From Balanoglossus misakiensis (taxonomy: Eukaryota > Animalia > Hemichordata), in NCBI GenBank assembly GCA_040954595.2, contig CM082591.2:7678047-7742046 (forward strand): DNA of 64,000 nt, read 5' to 3'. Numbering within the stretch: the stretch's first letter is position 1; each line of letters opens with the position of its first letter. The notes beneath the pieces are model-generated. The model was not told where the DNA came from. It made no database searches and was given only the letters and a program-made list of their open reading frames with translations. The position numbers and the translations under genes were made by a program. Below, one piece after another: positions 35,601 to 49,694 of this stretch.

Positions 35601-38600
35601 ATACATGGCCCAGCATGTATGAAGCGTAATCAAGGCCAAAATTCAAAACCCCATTTTCAACCCACAACCTCCCAATTTTCAACACACGTTCCCCAAATTT
35701 CCCCAAATTGTTATACATGGCCCAGCATGTATGAAGCGTAATCAAGGCCAAAATTCAAAACCCCATTTTCAACCCACAACCTCCCAATTTTCAACACACG
35801 TTCCCCAAATTTCCCCAAATTGTTATACATGGCCCAGCATGTATGAAGCGTAATCAAGGCCAAAATTCAAAACCCCATTTTCAACCCACAACCTCCCAAT
35901 TTTCAACACACGTTCCCCAAATTTCCCCAAATTGTTATACATGGCCCAGCATGTATGAAGCGTAATCAAGGCCAAAATTCAAAACCCCATTTTCAACCCA
36001 CAACCTCCCAATTTTCAACACACGTTCCCCAAATTTCCCCAAATTGTTATACATGGCCCAGCATGTATGAAGCGTAATCAAGGCCAAAATTCAAAACCCC
36101 ATTTTCAACCCACAACCTCCCAATTTTCAACACACGTTCCCCAAATTTCCCCAAATTGTTATACATGGCCCAGCATGTATGAAGCGTAATCAAGGCCAAA
36201 ATTCAAAACCCCATTTTCAACCCACAACCTCCCAATTTTCAACACACGTTCCCCAAATTTCCCCAAATTGTTATACATGGCCCAGCATGTATGAAGCGTA
36301 ATCAAGGCCAAAATTCAAAACCCCATTTTCAACCCACAACCTCCCAATTTTCAACACACGTTCCCCAAATTTCCCCAAATTGTTATACATGGCCCAGCAT
36401 GTATGAAGTGTAATCAAGGCCAAAATTCAAAACCCCATTTTCAACCCACAACCTCCCAATTTTCAACACACGTTCCCCAAATTTCCCCAAATTGTTATAC
36501 ATGGCCCAGCATGTATGAAGCGTAATCAAGGCCAAAATTCAAAACCCCATTTTCAACCCACAACCTCCCAATTTTCAACACACGTTCCCCAAATTTCCCC
36601 AAATTGTTATACATGGCCCAGCATGTATGAAGCGTAATCAAGGCCAAAATTCAAAACCCCATTTTCAACCCACAACCTCCCAATTTTCAACACACGTTCC
36701 CCAAATTTCCCCAAATTGTTATACATGGCCCAGCATGTATGAAGCGTAATCAAGGCCAAAATTCAAAACCCCATTTTCAACCCACAACCTCCCAATTTTC
36801 AACACCTGTTCCCCAAATTTCCCCAAATTGTTATACATGGCCCAGCATGTATGAAGCGTAATCAAGGCCAAAATTCAAAACCCCATTTTCAACCCACAAC
36901 CTCCCAATTTTCAACACACGTTCCCCAAATTTCCCCAAATTGTTATACATGGCCCAGCATGTATGAAGCGTAATCAAGGCCAAAATTCAAAACCCCATTT
37001 TCAACCCACAACCTCCCAATTTTCAACACCTGTTCCCCAAATTTCCCCAAATTGTTATACATGGCCCAGCATGTATGAAGCGTAATCAAGGCCAAAATTC
37101 AAAACCCCATTTTCAACCCACAACCTCCCAATTTTCAACACACGTTCCCCAAATTTCCCCAAATTGTTATACATGGCCCAGCATGTATGAAGCGTAATCA
37201 AGGCCAAAATTCAAAACCCCATTTTCAACCCACAACCTCCCAATTTTCAACACACGTTCCCCAAATTTCCCCAAATTGTTATACATGGCCCAGCATGTAT
37301 GAAGCGTAATCAAGGCCAAAATTCAAAACCCCATTTTCAACCCACAACCTCCCAATTTTCAACACACGTTCCCCAAATTTCCCCAAATTGTTATACATGG
37401 CCCAGCATGTATGAAGCGTAATCAAGGCCAAAATTCAAAACCCCATTTTCAACCCACAACCTCCCAATTTTCAACACACGTTCCCCAAATTTCCCCAAAT
37501 TGTTATACATGGCCCAGCATGTATGAAGCGTAATCAAGGCCAAAATTCAAAACCCAATTTTCAACCCACAACCTCCCAATTTTCAACACCTGTTCCCCAA
37601 ATTTCCCCAAATTGTTATACATGGCCCAGCATGTATGAAGCGTAATCAAGGCCAAAATTCAAAACCCCATTTTCAACCCACAACCTCCCAATTTTCAACA
37701 CCTGTTCCCCAAATTTCCCCAAATTGTTATACATGGCCCAGCATGTATGAAGCGTAATCAAGGCCAAAATTCAAAACCCCATTTTCAACCCACAACCTCC
37801 CAATTTTCAACACACGTTCCCCAAATTTCCCCAAATTGTTATACATGGCCCAGCATGTATGAAGCGTAATCAAGGCCAAAATTCAAAACCCCATTTTCAA
37901 CCCACAACCTCCCAATTTTCAACACACGTTCCCCAAATTTCCCCAAATTGTTATACATGGCCCAGCATGTATGAAGCGTAATCAAGGCCAAAATTCAAAA
38001 CCCCATTTTCAACCCACAACCTCCCAATTTTCAACACCTGTTCCCCAAATTTCCCCAAATTGTTATACATGTACATGCCAGCATGTATGAAGCGTAATCA
38101 AGGCCAAAATTCAAAACCCCATTTTCAACCCAAAACCTCCCAATTTTCAACACACGTTCCCCAAATTTCCCCAAATTGTTATACATGGCCCAGCATGTAT
38201 GAAGCGTAATCAAGGCCAAAATTCAAAACCCCATTTTCAACCCACAACCTCCCAATTTTCAACACACGTTCCCCAAATTTCCCCAAATTGTTATACATGT
38301 ACATGCCAGCATGTATGAAGCGTAATCAAGGCCAAAATTCAAAACCCCATTTTCAACCCACAACCTCCCAATTTTCAACACACGTTCCCCAAATTTCCCC
38401 AAATTGTTATACATGGCCCAGCTTGTATGAAGCGTAATCAAGGCCAAAATTCAAAACCCCATTTTCAACCCACAACCTCCCAATTTTCAACACACGTTCC
38501 CCAAATTTCCCCAAATTGTTATACATGGTCCAGCATGTATGAAGCGTAATCAAGGCCAAAATTCAAAACCCCATTTTCAACCCACAACCTCCCAATTTTC

Positions 38601-41600
38601 AACACCTGTTCCCCAAATTTCCCCAAATTGTTATACATGGCCCAGCATGTATGAAGCGTAATCAAGGCCAAAATTCAAAACCCCATTTTCAACCCACAAC
38701 CTCCCAATTTTCAACACACGTTCCCCAAATTTCCCCAAATTGTTATACATGGCCCAGCATGTATGAAGCGTAATCAAGGCCAAAATTCAAAACCCCATTT
38801 TCAACCCACAACCTCCCAATTTTCAACACACGTTCCCCAAATTTCCCCAAATTGTTATACATGGCCCAGCATGTATGAAGTGTAATCAAGGCCAAAATTC
38901 AAAACCCCATTTTCAACCCACAACCTCCCAATTTTCAACACACGTTCCCCAAATTTCCCCAAATTGTTATACATGGCCCAGCGTGTATGAAGCGTAATCA
39001 AGGCCAAAATTCAAAACCCCATTTTCAACCCACAACCTCCCAATTTTCAACACACGTTCCCCAAATTGTTATACATGGCCCAGCATGTATGACGTGTAAT
39101 CAAGGCCAAAATTCAAAACCCAATTTTCAACCCACAACCTCCCAATTTTCAACACACGTTCCCCAAATTTCCCCAAATTGTTATACATGGCCCAGCATGT
39201 ATGAAGCGTAATCAAGGCCAAAATTCAAAACCCCATTTTCAACCCACAACCTCCCAATTTTCAACACACGTTCCCCAAATTTCCCCAAATTGTTATACAT
39301 GGCCCAGCATGTATGAAGCGTAATCAAGGCCAAAATTCAAAACCCCATTTTCAACCCACAACCTCCCAATTTTCAACACACGTTCCCCAAATTTCCCCAA
39401 ATTGTTATACATGGCCCAGCTTGTATGAAGCGTAATCAAGGCCAAAATTCAAAACCCCATTTTCAACCCACAACCTCCCAATTTTCAACACACGTTCCCC
39501 AAATTTCCCCAAATTGTTATACATGGCCCAGCATGTATGAAGTGTAATCAAGGCCAAAATTCAAAACCCCATTTTCAACCCACAACCTCCCAATTTTCAA
39601 CACACGTTCCCCAAATTTCCCCAAATTGTTATACATGGCCCAGCGTGTATGAAGCGTAATCAAGGCCAAAATTCAAAACCCCATTTTCAACCCACAACCT
39701 CCCAATTTTCAACACACGTTCCCCAAATTGTTATACATGGCCCAGCATGTATGACGTGTAATCAAGGCCAAAATTCAAAACCCAATTTTCAACCCACAAC
39801 CTCCCAATTTTCAACACACGTTCCCCAAATTTCCCCAAATTGTTATACATGGCCCAGCATGTATGAAGCGTAATCAAGGCCAAAATTCAAAACCCCATTT
39901 TCAACCCACAACCTCCCAATTTTCAACACACGTTCCCCAAATTTCCCCAAATTGTTATACATGGCCCAGCATGTATGAAGCGTAATCAAGGCCAAAATTC
40001 AAAACCCCATTTTCAACCCACAACCTCCCAATTTTCAACACACGTTCCCCAAATTTCCCCAAATTGTTATACATGGCCCAGCTTGTATGAAGCGTAATCA
40101 AGGCCAAAATTCAAAACCCCATTTTCAACCCACAACCTCCCAATTTTCAACACACGTTCCCCAAATGTCCCCAAATTGTTATACATGGCCCAGCATGTAT
40201 GAAGCGTAATCAAGGCCAAAATTCAAAACCCCATTTTCAACCCACAACCTCCCAATTTTCAACACCTGTTCCCCAAATTTCCCCAAATTGTTATACATGG
40301 CCCAGCATGTATGAAGCGTAATCAAGGCCAAAATTCAAAACCCCATTTTCAACCCACAACCTCCCAATTTTCAACACCTGTTCCCCAAATTTCCCCAAAT
40401 TGTTATACATGGCCCAGCATGTATGAAGCGTAATCAAGGCCAAAATTCAAAACCCCATTTTCAACCCACAACCTCCCAATTTTCAACACACGTTCCCCAA
40501 ATTTCCCCAAATTGTTATACATGGCCCAGCATGTATGAAGCGTAATCAAGGCCAAAATTCAAAACCCCATTTTCAACCCACAACCTCCCAATTTTCAACA
40601 CACGTTCCCCAAATTTCCCCAAATTGTTATACATGGCCCAGCATGTATGAAGTGTAATCAAGGCCAAAATTCAAAACCCCATTTTCAACCCACAACCTCC
40701 CAATTTTCAACACACGTTCCCCAAATTTCCCCAAATTGTTATACATGGCCCAGCGTGTATGAAGCGTAATCAAGGCCAAAATTCAAAACCCCATTTTCAA
40801 CCCACAACCTCCCAATTTTCAACACACGTTCCCCAAATTGTTATACATGGCCCAGCATGTATGACGTGTAATCAAGGCCAAAATTCAAAACCCAATTTTC
40901 AACCCACAACCTCCCAATTTTCAACACACGTTCCCCAAATTTCCCCAAATTGTTATACATGGCCCAGCATGTATGAAGCGTAATCAAGGCCAAAATTCAA
41001 AACCCCATTTTCAACCCACAACCTCCCAATTTTCAACACACGTTCCCCAAATTTCCCCAAATTGTTATACATGGCCCAGCATGTATGAAGCGTAATCAAG
41101 GCCAAAATTCAAAACCCCATTTTCAACCCACAACCTCCCAATTTTCAACACACGTTCCCCAAATTTCCCCAAATTGTTATACATGGCCCAGCTTGTATGA
41201 AGCGTAATCAAGGCCAAAATTCAAAACCCCATTTTCAACCCACAACCTCCCAATTTTCAACACACGTTCCCCAAATTTCCCCAAATTGTTATACATGGCC
41301 CAGCATGTATGAAGTGTAATCAAGGCCAAAATTCAAAACCCCATTTTCAACCCACAACCTCCCAATTTTCAACACACGTTCCCCAAATTTCCCCAAATTG
41401 TTATACATGGCCCAGCGTGTATGAAGCGTAATCAAGGCCAAAATTCAAAACCCCATTTTCAACCCACAACCTCCCAATTTTCAACACACGTTCCCCAAAT
41501 TGTTATACATGGCCCAGCATGTATGACGTGTAATCAAGGCCAAAATTCAAAACCCAATTTTCAACCCACAACCTCCCAATTTTCAACACACGTTCCCCAA

Positions 41601-44600
41601 ATTTCCCCAAATTGTTATACATGGCCCAGCATGTATGAAGCGTAATCAAGGCCAAAATTCAAAACCCCATTTTCAACCCACAACCTCCCAATTTTCAACA
41701 CACGTTCCCCAAATTTCCCCAAATTGTTATACATGGCCCAGCATGTATGAAGCGTAATCAAGGCCAAAATTCAAAACCCCATTTTCAACCCACAACCTCC
41801 CAATTTTCAACACACGTTCCCCAAATTTCCCCAAATTGTTATACATGGCCCAGCTTGTATGAAGCGTAATCAAGGCCAAAATTCAAAACCCCATTTTCAA
41901 CCCACAACCTCCCAATTTTCAACACACGTTCCCCAAATGTCCCCAAATTGTTATACATGGCCCAGCATGTATGAAGCGTAATCAAGGCCAAAATTCAAAA
42001 CCCCATTTTCAACCCACAACCTCCCAATTTTCAACACACGTTCCCCAAATTTCCCCAAATTGTTATACATGGCCCAGCATGTATGAAGCGTAATCAAGGC
42101 CAAAATTCAAAACCCCATTTTCAACCCACAACCTCCCAATTTTCAACACACGTTCCCCAAATTTCCCCAAATTGTTATACATGGCCCAGCATGTATGAAG
42201 CGTAATCAAGGCCAAAATTCAAAACCCCATTTTCAACCCACAACCTCCCAATTTTCAACACACGTTCCCCAAATTTCCCCAAATTGTTATACATGGCCCA
42301 GCATGTATGAAGCGTAATCAAGGCCAAAATTCAAAACCCCATTTTCAACCCACAACCTCCCAATTTTCAACACACGTTCCCCAAATGTCCCCAAATTGTT
42401 ATACATGGCCCAGCATGTATGAAGCGTAATCAAGGCCAAAATTCAAAACCCCATTTTCAACCCACAACCTCCCAATTTTCAACACACGTTCCCCAAATTT
42501 CCCCAAATTGTTATACATGGCCCAGCATGTATGAAGCGTAATCAAGGCCAAAATTCAAAACCCCATTTTCAACCCACAACCTCCCAATTTTCAACACACG
42601 TTCCCCAAATTTCCCCAAATTGTTATACATGGCCCAGCATGTATGAAGCGTAATCAAGGCCAAAATTCAAAACCCCATTTTCAACCCACAACCTCCCAAT
42701 TTTCAACACACGTTCCCCAAATTTCCCCAAATTGTTATACATGGCCCAGCATGTATGAAGCGTAATCAAGGCCAAAATTCAAAACCCCATTTTCAACCCA
42801 CAACCTCCCAATTTTCAACACACGTTCCCCAAATTTCCCCAAATTGTTATACATGGCCCAGCATGTATGAAGCGTAATCAAGGCCAAAATTCAAAACCCA
42901 ATTTTCAACCCACAACCTCCCAATTTTCAACACACGTTCCCCAAATTTCCCCAAATTGTTATACATGGCCCAGCATGTATGAAGCGTAATCAAGGCCAAA
43001 ATTCAAAACCCCGTTTTCAACCCACAACCTCCCAATTTTCAACACACGTTCCCCAAATTTCCCCAAATTGTTATACATGGCCCAGCATGTATGAAGCGTA
43101 ATCAAGGCCAAAATTCAAAACCCCATTTTCAACCCACAACCTCCCAATTTTCAACACACGTTCCCCAAATTTCCCCAAATTATTATACATGGCCCAGCAT
43201 GTATGGAGCGTAATCAAGGCCAAAATTCAAAACCCCATTTTCAACCCACAACCTCCCAATTTTCAACACACGTTCCCCAAATTTCCCCAAATTGTTATAC
43301 ATGGCCCAGCATGTATGAAGCGTAATCAAGGCCAAAATTCAAAACCCCATTTTCAACCCACAACCTCCCAATTTTCAACACCTGTTCCCCAAATTTCCCC
43401 AAATTGTTATACATGGCCCAGCATGTATGAAGCGTAATCAAGGCCAAAATTCAAAACCCCATTTTCAACCCACAACCTCCCAATTTTCAACACACGTTCC
43501 CCAAATTTCCCCAAATTGTTATACATGGCCCAGCATGTATGAAGCGTAATCAAGGCCAAAATTCAAAACCCCATTTTCAACCCACAACCTCCCAATTTTC
43601 AACACACGTTCCCCAAATTTCCCCAAATTGTTATACATGGCCCAGCATGTATGAAGCGTAATCAAGGCCAAAATTCAAAACCCCATTTTCAACCCACAAC
43701 CTCCCAATTTTCAACACACGTTCCCCAAATTTCCCCAAATTGTTATACATGGCCCAGCATGTATGAAGCGTAATCAAGGCCAAAATTCAAAACCCCATTT
43801 TCAACCCACAACCTCCCAATTTTCAACACCTGTTCCCCAAATTTCCCCAAATTGTTATACATGGCCCAGCATGTATGAAGCGTAATCAAGGCCAAAATTC
43901 AAAACCCCGTTTTCAACCCACAACCTCCCAATTTTCAACACACGTTCCCCAAATTTCCCCAAATTGTTATACATGGCCCAGCATGTATGAAGCGTAATCA
44001 AGGCCAAAATTCAAAACCCCATTTTCAACCCACAACCTCCCAATTTTCAACACCTGTTCCCCAAATTTCCCCAAATTGTTATACATGGCCCAGCATGTAT
44101 GAAGCGTAATCAAGGCCAAAATTCAAAACCCCATTTTCAACCCACAACCTCCCAATTTTCAACACACGTTCCCCAAATTTCCCCAAATTGTTATACATGG
44201 CCCAGCATGTATGAAGCGTAATCAAGGCCAAAATTCAAAACCCCATTTTCAACCCACAACCTCCCAATTTTCAACACACATTCCCCAAATTTCCCCAAAT
44301 TGTTATACATGGCCCAGCATGTATGAAGCGTAATCAAGGCCAAAATTCAAAACCCCATTTTCAACCCACAACCTCCCAATTTTCAACACCTGTTCCCCAA
44401 ATTTCCCCAAATTGTTATACATGGCCCAGCATGTATGAAGCGTAATCAAGGCCAAAATTCAAAACCCCATTTTCAACCCACAACCTCCCAATTTTCAACA
44501 CCTGTTCCCCAAATTTCCCCAAATTGTTATACATGTACATGCCAGCATGTATGAAGCGTAATCAAGGCCAAAATTCAAAACCCCATTTTCAACCCAAAAC

Positions 44601-45610
44601 CTCCCAATTTTCAACACACGTTCCCCAAATTTCCCCAAATTGTTATACATGGCCCAGCATGTATGAAGCGTAATCAAGGCCAAAATTCAAAACCCCATTT
44701 TCAACCCACAACCTCCCAATTTTCAACACACGTTCCCCAAATTTCCCCAAATTGTTATACATGTACATGCCAGCATGTATGAAGCGTAATCAAGGCCAAA
44801 ATTCAAAACCCCATTTTCAACCCACAACCTCCCAATTTTCAACACACGTTCCCCAAATTTCCCCAAATTGTTATACATGGCCCAGCTTGTATGAAGCGTA
44901 ATCAAGGCCAAAATTCAAAACCCCATTTTCAACCCACAACCTCCCAATTTTCAACACACGTTCCCCAAATTTCCCCAAATTGTTATACATGGTCCAGCAT
45001 GTATGAAGCGTAATCAAGGCCAAAATTCAAAACCCCATTTTCAACCCACAACCTCCCAATTTTCAACACCTGTTCCCCAAATTTCCCCAAATTGTTATAC
45101 ATGGCCCAGCATGTATGAAGCGTAATCAAGGCCAAAATTCAAAACCCCATTTTCAACCCACAACCTCCCAATTTTCAACACACGTTCCCCAAATTTCCCC
45201 AAATTGTTATACATGGCCCAGCATGTATGAAGCGTAATCAAGGCCAAAATTCAAAACCCCATTTTCAACCCACAACCTCCCAATTTTCAACACACGTTCC
45301 CCAAATGTCCCCAAATTGTTATACATGGCCCAGCATGTATGAAGCGTAATCAAGGCCAAAATTCAAAACCCCATTTTCAACCCACAACCTCCCAATTTTC
45401 AACACACGTTCCCCAAATTTCCCCAAATTGTTATACATGGCCCAGCATGTATGAAGCGTAATCAAGGCCAAAATTCAAAACCCCATTTTCAACCCACAAC
45501 CTCCCAATTTTCAACACACGTTCCCCAAATTTCCCCAAATTGTTATACATGGCCCAGCGTGTATGAAGCGTAATCAAGGCCAAAATTCAAAACCCCATTT
45601 TCAACCCACA
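29620..45610. repeat. Satellite array, 112-bp unit, about 143 copies, with higher-order structure
   Basis: Unit aattgttatacatggcccagcatgtatgaagcgtaatcaaggccaaaattcaaaaccccattttcaacccacaacctcccaattttcaacacacgttccccaaatttcccca, repeated head to tail with no spacers. Confidence 0.98.
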
Positions 45611-45808
45611 TACAACCAAGCTACACATAAATGTGCGTTGATATATCAAAATTCGCGTGATTGAATATGAAAAATCACAAAAACCTGACGTCAAATGATT
45701 TTCAGTTGTATTTCAAATCACGCGTTACAAAAAAGTCATCAGTAAATGCCATCTACTAGGCAAACCAGAACGAACAAAAAATTGCTAGAAAATCGAGATT
45801 GACTGAAC

Positions 45809-46051
45809 GGGACTGTTCAGAATTTACTTCCAGGGTGGGGCCGGAAGATTTTTTTATTTTCCTAGTAAATTGTGGAGGAAATCTGTGGTCCCCCTTAAAT
45901 TTCCTGGGGGTTTTCCATTGCCCCCCCCCCCAAAGGATTTAGATTTTTATGTCTGGTTCCCCTCCCCCCCCCCCTAATTTTTCTTGGAGAAAGTGGGTGC
46001 CCCCCCCTTCTGAAAATCTTCCGCCCCCTGGAAGTAATTCTGAACAGTCCC
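45809..46051. mobile_element. Small Harbinger-like MITE
   Basis: TIR gggactgttcagaatt(t)acttccaggg; TTA on the right flank only. Confidence 0.65.
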
Positions 46052-46662
46052 TTAAAAGTTATTTATCAAAATACACCCAAGTTGAATGTCCAATTCAATA
46101 TGGCTGCTTTTGTCGCCATAACAACAGAAGTCAGTAAAATTATTAATCATTGTCTTCAAACGCGTGTGTGAGAATAAAATGAACATGTTGCAGGTCTGTT
46201 CTCAGTCAGTAGAGCCAATTCTCAGGATTGTAAACAACAAAAAGTAGGAACAAATGTGAGTTTTGTATTTCATACACTTATATTTCCACGAGGGTATGTC
46301 TACATGTCAACCTGAATTGTCAGCTTCATTGATGAAGAATTGTGTTCATTTGACTTGTGAAGGTAGACTAGCCTACTAGTCGCTTTTTAAATCTCAATAC
46401 TTTTTGTGTTTTCGGTGTTTTTTTGTCTTAATAAATAATTTCAATACTTTTTGCGTGCATGCTTGCCTTGAGCGTGTTTTTGGTAGTGAGGTGAGTTTCG
46501 AATTTGCGACTGAGCTTGTGGTTTCGGGTAGCGTCGACTTACGCGTTCCCTACACATAATGAAGTCCATAGACTTGGAGCAAGTCTATTATGAAGGTACT
46601 GTTTATAAATAAATATGAAAATAATTCCAAATGCTGTTTTGACTTTATTACTAGCTCATGAA

Positions 46663-48091
46663 TGTGTTTGAATGAGGCATTTTTGAAAGCCTTTGAATTT
46701 TATAACGTGGAAAATCCTGAATAAAAAAAAGATATCTGGATGGAAACTTGATCTAACCAATGAAGAAATCCTAGAATCTCAGTTGCTCATGCTTTGTGCA
46801 TGAATGTAAAGCATGATTAGCACATGGATGTGTTTGAATGAGGCATTTTTGAAAGCCTTTGAATTTTATAACATGGAAAATCCTGAAGAACAAAAAATAT
46901 CTGGATGGAAACTTGATCTAACCAATGAAGAAATCATCAGTTGCTCATGCTTTGTGCATGAATGTAAAGCATGATTAGCACATGGATGTGTTTGAATGAG
47001 GCATTTTTGAAAGCCTTTGAATTTTATAACGTGGAAAATCCTGAAGAAAAACAAAATATCTGGATGGAAACTTGATCTAACCAATGAAGAAATCCTAGAA
47101 TCTCAGTTGGTCATGCTTTGTGCATGAATGTAAAGCATGATTAGCACATGGATGTGTTTGAATGAGGCATTTTTGAAAGCCTTTGAATTTTATAACATGG
47201 AAAATCCTAAAGAAAAAAAATATCTGGATAGAAACTTGATCTAAGGCTGCATTCACAAACACCTCTGGAGGGGGGGGGGGCGGGAGAATTCAATTTTTTT
47301 TACCGCTAATTTTCACATGCCGCCCTTCCGAACTGCCAATATTTTCAAATCCCCCCCCCCCTTCCGAACTGCCAAAATTTTGAAATCCCCCCCCCCCATT
47401 TTCTTTCACAGAGCAAAACACATCACCTATCTATCTTGTAAAAAGAAAAACAGCGCTCCCATGAAAAGAATTTGAAACTGATGTTTCCCCTCATCAGTGG
47501 GTATTAAAACTGAACATTGTTTTTATTTTTTAAGTACATATATTTGTATTCTGTGTTGGGAGACATTGTAAACTGAGAATTGAAGGGGGTGGGTTTGGGA
47601 GGGGGTGTCCCCCTCCCACGTAAGAAAATTTTCTAAAATACAGAGCTCAAAGCTGCATTTTAATGAACCCGGCAAAAGCAAATTAACTCAACTACCGGTA
47701 TGTTGGGGAGGACAAATTTAACCGTCGCCGCTCAAAGTTATCATGGGGTGGGGCAAGTCCCCTGACCTGGGACACTAGATAAACTAGTCAATGATTGAAA
47801 GGTGTTGATGAATGGAGGGGGTGGGTGTTAGAAAATTTTGTAAAATAAAGGGCGCGAAACTGCATTTTTGTGGACTCAAAATAAATATTTAGTCGTTAAA
47901 GTTTTCAAGTCCCCCCCCTTTCAGTCCCTAAATTATTTCAAATCCCCCCTTACATACCCTCAATTTTTTCAAATCCCCCCCCTCAATTCTCCTGCCCCCC
48001 CCTCCAGAGGTGTTTGTGAATGCAGCCTAACCAATGAAGAAATCATAGAATCTCAGTTGCTCATGCTTTGTGCATGAATGTAAAGCATGAT
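46663..48091. repeat. Tandem repeat, about 166-bp unit x4, fourth unit interrupted by a MITE
   Basis: tgtgtttgaatgaggcatttttgaaagcc...gtaaagcatga units starting near 46663, 46829, 46987 and 47153. Confidence 0.9.
47245..48027. mobile_element. MITE family A, copy 3
   Basis: Same TIRs; TAA duplicated; empty site visible in neighbouring tandem units (cttgatcTAAccaatg). Confidence 0.92.
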
Positions 48092-49694
48092 CAAACACAC
48101 AGGTATTGATTTTATTACATTCTCATTTATTTCAGTATATTTACTTTGGCGCTACATGTAGATATATGTTGCCAAGAAACTGATTTGCATAGTAGTTGTG
48201 ACACACAAACACATCACCCAACACGTTCACTAATATAGTACAAATTCTAGATTACAACCGATGGGATAACAGACTTGCAAAACTTTCACAAATATGTTCT
48301 ACAAACATGGGATAGTTTTTCCATAAGTTCTTGCATCAAGTTCAATAGTAACACGACTCTCGACTATTGCTAAAGTCAATGCCACATACAGATGTATACT
48401 TTTTCAATTATGCATTCAAGTACATCTTAAATTTAAACAAATTCAAAGTATAATACAGCAAATACAAACAGACAGTGTAATTATTTACAATACAAGTTCA
48501 AAAAACTACCGGCCTCTAAGTTTACTCCCCATAACAATGTCACTATAGTTGTCTACTCAAGTAACTTAACTGTTCTTCAGAAGAAAACAAAACAATATAC
48601 AGAATCATAAAAAATGCGCAAAAGTCATCGCTAGCCAAGCTTAGGAGGACTTCCCTCAAAACGTACACTTTGTACAGTTCTTGGCAACAGTTGGCCCAGT
48701 CGGCCTGATAGCAAAAATGATCATAGCGCCCCCTGTCGGCAGTATTTAAGTGTGCCTTTGAACCAAGAATACTTTATCTTTTCGTAAAGTAGTTGACTTT
48801 CAGCCAGTACAGCAAATTTTTACTTTTTGAAATCCGGTGAAACAAAATAAAAATAGTCGACATTCTTTACATATCTCATAAAAACTGCAAAGTCATTCTG
48901 CAGCGTTGTAGTCTCATGTCAGAGTCTCGATCGAGCTAGCTGCAAGTGCGCCCTCTACACCGTTAAAAACAAAAATATGTAAAAGACTGTCGTTCACATC
49001 CCTTGTTCATATATTTTTGAAATAACAACAATTTCGGACTATCGAATGGTAATCTATATAAATTACAACGCAATACATATCAGGCGATTTACAGGTAAGT
49101 TTTTAGAATTATTTTGCACACATAAATTGATGAAACGCCTTCATCCTTTCGGATGCAATGGAGATCTGATGGGAAGTGGACTGTGTACATCATAACTTTC
49201 AGACCCCTCCATGTCAAAATTCATGAAAAAACGAGTAAAAATATTCCAAAACGACTCAGATTTGGATTATTTATACTCGTTATATGAAGCGACTGTAGAC
49301 TGAAATATTATTTTTCCAAAATGGTCTTTGTAAATGTGGAAAAAAGAACCCAATTTTTGATTGTGTACATGCAAAGTTGACGGAATGCATTCAATTTCAA
49401 ACAGTCTTGTCTCAAAATCCCTCAAAATAAACTGCAACAATTACTCAAAACACCCTCAGTTTATTTTGCCTACACTCAGTACATGTAGCGACTGCACCTA
49501 CAATTAATTTCTGTCCGAAATTTTTCTTCAAAATGTGGAAAATAACTCCAAAAATTGTAAAAATGACATTGGTTCAGTTTGAACTTTGTTGCCATGGCAT
49601 GCGATCAATCGTAAATTTATCGCCGCAGCCTCTAAATTTTCTCCCAAATTTCACTTTTTTTGATGTCGTGTTGACATGTATTTCATGGTGATGT

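Noticed and set aside
29620-45610. CRISPR array, or the small ORFs (MKRNQGQ..., MALITLH...) in the 112-bp repeat
   Set aside because: No unique spacers and no cas genes, in a eukaryotic context. The unit length is not a multiple of 3, and the ORFs appear only where indel variants remove stops.
48600-49600. Probable decayed DNA transposon downstream of the NHL exon
   Set aside because: Composition is suggestive, but I could not define TIRs, a TSD or a second copy.
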